From Flectonema sp. DT1601 (Eukaryota): a DNA stretch of 64,000 nucleotides. Shown here piece after piece: positions 57,217 to 64,000 of this stretch. Made by a program: the position numbers and the translations under genes. Where the stretch lies: contig OZ025793.1 of the NCBI GenBank assembly GCA_964019425.1, forward strand, positions 1,178,001-1,242,000, in the 5' to 3' direction. The notes beneath the pieces were generated by a model. It saw only the letters and a list, made by a program, of their open reading frames with translations, was not told the origin of the DNA and did not search any database. The first letter of the stretch is position 1; each line of letters begins with the position of its first letter.

Positions 57217-58875
57217 ATGACAAACATACAATTCCCAGCTGTGTTACCAGGAATGGGAGAACATGACAGAACGGCAAAGTGTCACATCTGTGGTGAGAAT
57301 AATGACTTACAATTATGTGCTCCTTGTCAATGGAGTTATTGCAAGAGATGTAGTAATTCTGTTAAGGAAGAATGCGATGAAGAAGATGACAACACAGAAA
57401 TATGTCCTCGATGCAAGACTCGTATACTACTACCAGACAGCACCTACACATTACAAACTATTGACACGCATCCCGCGTTGTTAAAATCACATGGTATTTC
57501 ACATGGGACTACTATACTATCAATTGCTCAAGACGTGTCGGGTATTTATTTAGGTATCGATCAATCTGGAAACAGATGTTGGATTCAAGCTGGTAAAGAC
57601 CACTGCGAACTATTTACTTTAAAAATATTCAGACGTGATCCATCTTCAGGAAACAAACTACCAACAGAACTAATTGTAAGGAATCCTTACAAACAGAAAG
57701 TACCACCATTTAGAAAGGCAGGTGATGTCGTCTCATCCGGTTCTAAAATGAAAATAATAAATAGAATGGCGAGATTCTCATTCTCAAATATTCCACGTGC
57801 GGCTTCAGCACCTCCAAAGGTTCGACCTACGGCATGGCCAACATTTAAACAAGTTCAGTTACTACATGAAAAACCAGATCCTCAAGGATACAAAAGAGTA
57901 CAAATAATTGGAGAAGGCGCTGTCGGAGTTGTGTACGGAGCAAAGAGAATCTCAGACGGTCGATTTTTTGCGATAAAAGACGTCACTGCTGATCAAACTG
58001 GTGGAAGTGAGGAATTAAAAGAAATGGCAGAGAGAGCAACTGATCATAAGAATGCGGACCTTGAAGGGTTTTATATTGTTAACTATCACGATGTTTACAG
58101 CTGGAAAAAAGAAAAAAAAGACACCATAAGTATTGTAATGGATTATAGTGGTGAGGGTGACCTGGTAAACCATTTACGGCAAACTAGTTCTTTAGCAGAA
58201 CAGTTTGTTATTGAAGTCGCATTGCAGATGTTGTCGGCACTCGAGCATATGCACACTCATGAGCCACCGTATCTTCATATGGATGTGAAACCAGAGAATA
58301 TATTAGTATTTGACGATGCGTGTACTTTTAAACTTACTGATTTTGATGCGATGCGTCGACTTGATCAGAAAGGACTTCAAGCCTTTCAGCGCACGACAGA
58401 AGAATATAGAGCTCCTGAAGTTGAACATGAAATCTTTACCCCAGCTGCTGATGTATTCAGTTTAGGTGTTGTTCTGTTTGTGTTAGTTGCGCTACCAGAT
58501 TTTCCAATGTTAGAAGACATGATGTTTAATCATGAGCATTGGAAAGATAATAATATTCTTAAAAAGGAAATGATCGAATGCATCGAACCCCGAGCTTATC
58601 TCGTCGAAGACGATGAAGATATTTCATACCAACGATACACCAATGAAATTATTGAAATCATAACAACAATGTTGCTATACGATTACAAAGAGAGGCCTTC
58701 TTGCTGTGATCTTATTGAGAAGTTTGAGGTATGCAAATAACACAAAGCTGTTTCAAATTGTTAACTTACTATAAATAAATAACAGGCACTCCGAGAAGGT
58801 ATTCTATCGAGAGCGATTGTCCCTGAATCAGTACCAATTGATGATATTGACTTTGGGGAAGCAGAAGGCGGCTAA
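57217..58875 (+). CDS. Ser/Thr protein kinase with N-terminal Cys-rich zinc finger; exons 57217-58728, 58786-58875 (start uncertain)
   Basis: IGEGAVGVV, FAIK, HMDVKPENIL, KLTDFD, YRAPE and DVFSLG. N-terminal CHIC..CAPC..CKRC..CPRC. Intron 58729-58785 (GTATGC..AACAG). An alternative short first exon from ATG 57131 spliced to 57196 is possible. Confidence 0.88.
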
Positions 58876-59491
58876 ATAAATAGTCTCTCTGAAACGGTAT
58901 CAAGTCTTTATACCAACACTGGCTGGTTACTATGACTGCACTGTTGAGACTCCTACGTAACCAATCACTTGCCAGACGGACATTTTTTTCCCAACGGGCT
59001 TTAAAAAAAAAAAAACCTCTTATATTTTGGTAAAGTTTCTTTATCTTACTTTTTTTTTTTTTTTTTTTTCCCCCACCTTTTCTCCCCCCACGCCTTCGTT
59101 TTGTTATACGGTGCAATACTGCAAAAAGTTTATATTTTCTTTCTCGACTTATTACTTTATTAAAAAAAAAAAAAAAATGAATTGGAGAAGTTCCCCCAAA
59201 GTGATAACCCCCTTTTCGGAAATCCCATTTTGAGGGGTAAAAATGTGCGTGTGGCGGGGAAAAAGTACAGTGAAAGCCAAGACGTATTGCAGATCACGCG
59301 CAGGAGGTAATTACCTAAAAAATTCCTCTCACACCACCCCCTCGAATCGAAGAACGTGGCATTAACACTTTCGTTCTGAACTTTGCTCGGTGGTATTGAG
59401 ACAAAAAAAAAACGAAAAATATTACCTTTACATTCCGTTGGGATATATCTTAAAGTTCCTTTCGTAGAATACGTTTTAAGAGAATTGAACA

Positions 59492-59620
59492 GACACGTGT
59501 ATCAGTCTTTCTCAGTAGCTTCCTGGAGTTGGGCGTTTTCTCGCTCCCGGTGTGCGTTTTTTCACGGCGACTATCCGCATCTGTGCAGGAAACTTGTAAT
59601 TAAAGAAAGCCTTACGTGTT
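59492..59620. ncRNA. Candidate structured RNA element: three nested helices capped by two hairpins; class and strand unknown
   Basis: Pairings GACACGTG/TACGTGTT, CTTTCT/AGAAAG and AGCTTCCTG/CAGGAAACT, with inner GGGCG/CGCTC and GTGCG/CGCAT. Folded by eye only. Confidence 0.3.
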
Positions 59621-61266
59621 GTAAATATTATCTTCTCTTTTTTTATATTTTTTTTTTTAGATATTTTTCGTGCGCATCTTTTTTTTTTTTTTTTCTCGGG
59701 AGCAAACAAACCAAGGAGGTTCAGCCATAACATTAGGAAGAAGAAAATCAGTTAGCCGTTATAATATTGCTTTATTTAAATAATGATATCTTCCTGTTTC
59801 GCGGGTTCAAAAAGCGTACGTCTTTCAGCTGAACTCTACCTGTCAAAGTTTCTTTGGGAATATAAATTTAGTGACACTAAAACAGGTCTTGAAGAGTGAA
59901 CGCTGGTTAAGGTAACGCACCTAATCTTTTTTTTTTTTTTTTTTAAGTACTCGCAAGGTTTCTTTTTGTTAAAAAAAAATAACGCTCGTTCTTTAAACCC
60001 TTAGCATCCACAAGTAGACTGTACGTCAGCTGAAGTACCACTTGTATTTTATATAAACGATTTTTATATACTGCCGCTGTGCGGGAACGTTACAGCTATC
60101 TCTTTTTTTTTTTTTTTTTTTTCCCGCTCTCCTTGCAACTACCTACACATGCCACCCTTTTTGTGTGCTCATTGGGAAATACAGGTAATTATCCTTTAGT
60201 ATGTTGCACCCCTTGCCTTGCTTGGTCACTTTTTAAAACTGTTTGTCATTTGGTACGTTGGAAAATATAATCACCTGTAAGTTTCGTTTGTGAGTACTGC
60301 TTTCTGGTAGTTTAGCATTCTGGAAAAAAAAAAAAGAAAGGGGAGAAAAAAAAAACAAAAAAAAGAAATGAAAGAAAAGGAAAGAAACCATGTTCTCTTA
60401 GCGCAGGAGATGTTTTGATCATTTCTCATGACACAACCCAACTTTAGAAAGAAGAAATATATAAAAAAAAAGAAAGAAAATATAATCCCGACAGAAACAA
60501 GTGACATATTGTTCGCTTTGGTAATTCGGTTGGTAGTCTTAACGTTATATGAAATAGATGGTTTGCCTCGTGAGTCTCGATGTGAGAAGAGGCTGCTGTT
60601 TGAAAAAAAAAAAATTGAAACAAACGGATTCAGTATACTTTTATAATAATTTGAATGTTTCTTTCCGTCTGTTTAAAGGTTTCAGGTTTATAAGAGCCTG
60701 GGGTGGTAAGGTTCGACACCAAACATGAGAGACAACGATTCAATGTAATTGATTCCTTGTGATTGCATGTCCGACCAGCGCGCTACCTGGTCAGCATTCC
60801 CCCATTCAAGCGTTCTTCGCTGACGTCAGTTTCTTTGTTTTATTTTTATTTTTTTTCTCTTTACTAAAAAAGTCAAAGTCCACCATAAAGAAAACAAGAA
60901 ACTCAAAGAAAGTCCAGATCGAGTTGAAAGTTAATCAATTTGTTGTAAGACGGCATCAGTAACCATTGTACATCAGTAATATTGTTTTGGTTACATTCTG
61001 TTAACAACCTTACCGAGTAACAACCAGTTAGACAGTCCGATTTTCATCATCAGCTCAATAACGGAATGTTTCCCTCCCGTTTTTTTTTTTTTTTTTTTTT
61101 TTTTTTGTTCCCCCGTAGTACTGTACCTTTTACAATAAAATAATTAGTATGCTGCTTTGCCATTACTTTTTCTTCAGCAACAGGTGTAGTTATATATTAA
61201 AGCCCGCAATTATATACCAATCCTACTTCGTTGTTAATAGTAACTTTTTTCAACCAACAGGTACAG

Positions 61267-62310
61267 ATGCAACGAGTAGCATCAAGAGAGTACTTTCAAT
61301 GGAGGCTGTCAAAGCGGATTCAGGGGATTGCAATGGAAGATGCCAGCGCTACCAACTCGCCAAGGATTATAAAAGCATTGGAGATTTTCTGTATGAGTAA
61401 TTGGTCGAAGGGTGTTGGATGGCCAAGTTTGTACGGAAGGTGTCTCACTGAGAACGACAGATTCTTCTTAAACAAGTTGGACACTGACTTCCAACGTATT
61501 AATGTTCCTGATTCTGACAATAAGATAAAGAGAATCTTACGTGAAATACAACAGTCGAGAACGAGGTATGAAAAAGAAGGCGACAGAGAACTCATAATAA
61601 AAGAATCATCAAATCACATACGAGTTGGTAAACTAACTGAGAAGAAAACACCCAGAATACGTAAAATGCTTGAAGTGTCCGGCTTATACGCAACAGCAGC
61701 AGTAATTCTCCGATACCAAGCAGCGATGGCAGATTCGACTCAATGGAGTATACCTGACAGTGTGTATGAAATCCTTATGAACGATTTAGATTGTTCTGCA
61801 GAAGGTTTTGCCTCACCTCTTAACAGTTTTATGTTCCTCAAGGATAAGCCTTACTGCTCTTTATTTTCAGATGTCGATTCAAATTTTAATTCACTGGGAC
61901 CGATATCTTCAGTATTAGAACCACAACAGGTATCAAAGTCCTGGGTATTAAACCCCCCGTATACACTTTATCATTTAAATAACGCTTCTAATATTGCTGG
62001 GAAATGGTTACGTCAGCATGCTGATATGAGAATCGTTTTGATTGGTAGAGAACATGACACGTCTCATGTTGGTGAGCCATCGAGATTCAAAATGCAAACT
62101 ACATCACCGTATTCAGCGATACAACCGTTTGCAAGAGCTCGTATTGATCTTCCTGCAGGGGGATACACATATACAAATAGTAAGGGGAAGAGTGTCGTTG
62201 CTAATTTTGGGTCTGTAATGTACATTTGTGGAAGACCACTCCAGCAGGGAGATGAAGTACTTCAGAAAATAGTCGATAACTTTATGACTAATGATGTTAG
62301 TGTTGTTTGA
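61267..62310 (+). CDS. PCIF1: PCIF1/CAPAM-like adenosine N6-methyltransferase domain protein
   Basis: LRYQ...QWSIPDSVYEIL...EGFASPLN...YCSLFSDVDSNFNSLG...VLNPPY matches the PCIF1 catalytic domain (ECFASPLN, YCSAF.DTD..FGS.G, NPPF). ATG at 61267 follows an ACAG acceptor. Confidence 0.85.
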   Translation: MQRVASREYFQWRLSKRIQGIAMEDASATNSPRIIKALEIFCMSNWSKGVGWPSLYGRCLTENDRFFLNKLDTDFQRINVPDSDNKIKRILREIQQSRTRYEKEGDRELIIKESSNHIRVGKLTEKKTPRIRKMLEVSGLYATAAVILRYQAAMADSTQWSIPDSVYEILMNDLDCSAEGFASPLNSFMFLKDKPYCSLFSDVDSNFNSLGPISSVLEPQQVSKSWVLNPPYTLYHLNNASNIAGKWLRQHADMRIVLIGREHDTSHVGEPSRFKMQTTSPYSAIQPFARARIDLPAGGYTYTNSKGKSVVANFGSVMYICGRPLQQGDEVLQKIVDNFMTNDVSVV

Positions 62311-63026
62311 TAAGACAAGTTAAGTGTACTAAAAAAAAAAAAAATAATAATCATAATAATCATATTAATAATTAATTGTCCCTCATCGTCATCTCTATGC
62401 CTGTATGGTTTCTTTTGTAATTAGACTTTTAGCGGTGCGTTTTTTTCTCTTTTTTTCTTCTTTGATTTGTTCTGTTTTATAAAAACCCTTTCCGCAGTGA
62501 AGTAGATTCCGTCAGATCATGCGGCCTGGACTGTCGTGTGGAGATATCTTTGTAAGGAAACCAGTTCAATCATCTCTTCAATTGTTTTCAGTTTTACACA
62601 TTCTTCCCTTCACAAAAATGGATGTTTATTTTAATATGAAAGACAGCGTCAGACGTCATCGGTCAAACAATCGAAAAAAAAAATGGAATTTGATGGGAAA
62701 GTGGACGTCAACTACAAAGACAACGGCTCTCATTAATGAATGGTCACTCGAGGCAATGACTAGTTGGAAAATATCAAACAGAATGCCAGCAAGTCAGGAA
62801 AAGATGTACGACCACTGCTACAATCACCACATGACATATGACAATAGAGGTAATCGAGGAAAGGTAAAAGAAAGATACAGCGAATGTAACAAAAAGAAGC
62901 TATTGCTGAAACTAAAACTTAGTCAGATTGCTGTAGACGATTTGAAACGTTTTTAATTGACGTTGTTCACTTTTTTTTTAAACTCTGGAATCGGATAAGG
63001 GGAATCCATTATTCCCTCTTCTCCCG

Positions 63027-63058
63027 TTGTGATTAAAACCCTAACCCTTTAATCACAA
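63027..63058. repeat. Perfect 11-bp inverted repeat enclosing a telomere-repeat loop
   Basis: TTGTGATTAAA-ACCCTAACCC-TTTAATCACAA, read directly. Confidence 0.95.
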
Positions 63059-63249
63059 AGATTCACCCTATTTCATCCTTTATGAACGGATCGTTAGTTT
63101 ATCACTCCGGGTGTTGTATTAAATAATATCACTTCACCCCCCCCCTCATGACTTACAGAGAGTGTTAGCATTTACTTTAGTCAGCTTTATCGTTCCAATG
63201 AATTCCTTTAATATTATTGTGGTTATTATTATTCTCAAGAAGAACACAC

Positions 63250-63969
63250 ATGGCTTCAGCTCTGATTTTCTCGGCCCTATGCGTTGGGATTCCCGACATG
63301 CCTGACTTGGCTACTATCGGAGTAGGAGGTCCTCAAATGCCTCATATCGATTCTCCGAGTGCCGTCTCTGACCCAATCCCAATGCATGAGAGCGGAGGAG
63401 AAAAACCAGTCTTTGAAAAGGTTGAAATGGAGAAGACGGAGAGTGGTGAGGCTGGTGAGTACTATAACCTGGCACAGTTTTTGAAAGACTCGGTTGGGTA
63501 TTTTCCGAAGAAGAAAATGGAAGCAGGTGAAGGGTTTCAGTTAAGCTGTCCGGATACAAGTAATGAGGATCATTGCACGTATTACATCACTGTACAGAAG
63601 AAGTGTGATTGTACTGGTGATGTTGACGGTGGGCTCACAGAAGTACTTTCGAAAGATAAGCAAGTGAAATTAATGGGGAGTTGTGGTGGCTTATTCGGTT
63701 CTGGAAGAGCTCCTACTGACACTTTTAGAATTGAGCTTCAGAATGGGGGGAAGTTTTTTACTTATCTCACTTCCCCTTCTGAAACTGTTGGTGTTTGGGA
63801 CGGATCCTACTTCAGATGTGATTCTCTCCTTTCACGGAGGTGTGCAAAGCGCTTCGACTGCAATCTACCAGAGGAATCGGGCTGCGAAAACAACGATGTC
63901 CTCTGCCCTCCTGTAAAGGAAAGCGCCTGCTCTGCATTCTGCCACAAACAATCAGAGGAAGAGCTTTAA
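63250..63969 (+). CDS. Uncharacterised secreted Cys-rich protein (239 aa)
   Basis: MASALIFSALCVG is signal-like. Higher GC than its flanks and many Cys in the C-terminal half. No family recognised. Confidence 0.75.
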   Translation: MASALIFSALCVGIPDMPDLATIGVGGPQMPHIDSPSAVSDPIPMHESGGEKPVFEKVEMEKTESGEAGEYYNLAQFLKDSVGYFPKKKMEAGEGFQLSCPDTSNEDHCTYYITVQKKCDCTGDVDGGLTEVLSKDKQVKLMGSCGGLFGSGRAPTDTFRIELQNGGKFFTYLTSPSETVGVWDGSYFRCDSLLSRRCAKRFDCNLPEESGCENNDVLCPPVKESACSAFCHKQSEEEL

Positions 63970-64000
63970 TCCGTTATGATAATAATTAACATCACAACTC

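Noticed and set aside
59531..59547. GGGCGTTTTCTCGCT resembling part of the vertebrate telomerase pseudoknot
   Set aside because: Short similarity, no pseudoknot partner strand and no template nearby.
60710..60720. GGTTCGACACC matching a Pol III B-box / tRNA T-loop
   Set aside because: No 5-bp T-stem, acceptor stem or anticodon arm can be built, so it is not a tRNA.
755..63916. Numerous 60-170 aa minus-strand and alternate-frame ORFs in the track
   Set aside because: They lie inside longer motif-bearing + strand genes, or are translations of poly(A)/poly(T) tracts (poly-K/poly-F). No family motifs.
1..64000. CRISPR arrays, rRNA, tRNA, intact transposase or reverse transcriptase
   Set aside because: No repeat-spacer periodicity, cloverleaf, rRNA motifs or catalytic TE motifs were seen.

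Overview
This is eukaryotic nuclear DNA from a flagellated protist, AT-rich and read with the standard code. All 18 recognisable protein-coding genes lie head-to-tail on the + strand, mostly 150-700 nt apart, and several carry short GT-AG introns. That layout suggests a euglenozoan with cis-introns, most likely a diplonemid; this is an inference, not a database result. Thirteen frame-restoring coding introns (57-116 nt) join the ORF-track fragments into genes. In order: IQ/coiled-coil protein (5' truncated), HAUS4-like, Mdm34/Mdm12-like SMP protein, NIPA/ZC3HC1-like, QDPR, NAA25, Dus1-like, PH/Btk-motif protein, a ~2935-aa Ig-like/STRA6-like membrane protein, CPLANE1-like, class 3 lipase, pseudo-hydrolase/2xTBCC fusion, threonine dehydratase, SGNH hydrolase, DNAH6-type dynein, Zn-finger kinase, PCIF1-like methyltransferase and a secreted Cys-rich protein. 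The most interesting signals are: the giant STRA6-like receptor; an unusual splice code (GTATG donors, A/C-rich AACAG acceptors, introns concentrated at 3' ends); a telomere-template-like ACCCTAACCC forming the exact loop of a perfect 11-bp hairpin; and clusters of structured non-coding elements at 41.6-42.5 kb and 59.2-59.7 kb. Family calls come from remembered motifs and folding was done by eye; no searches were run.
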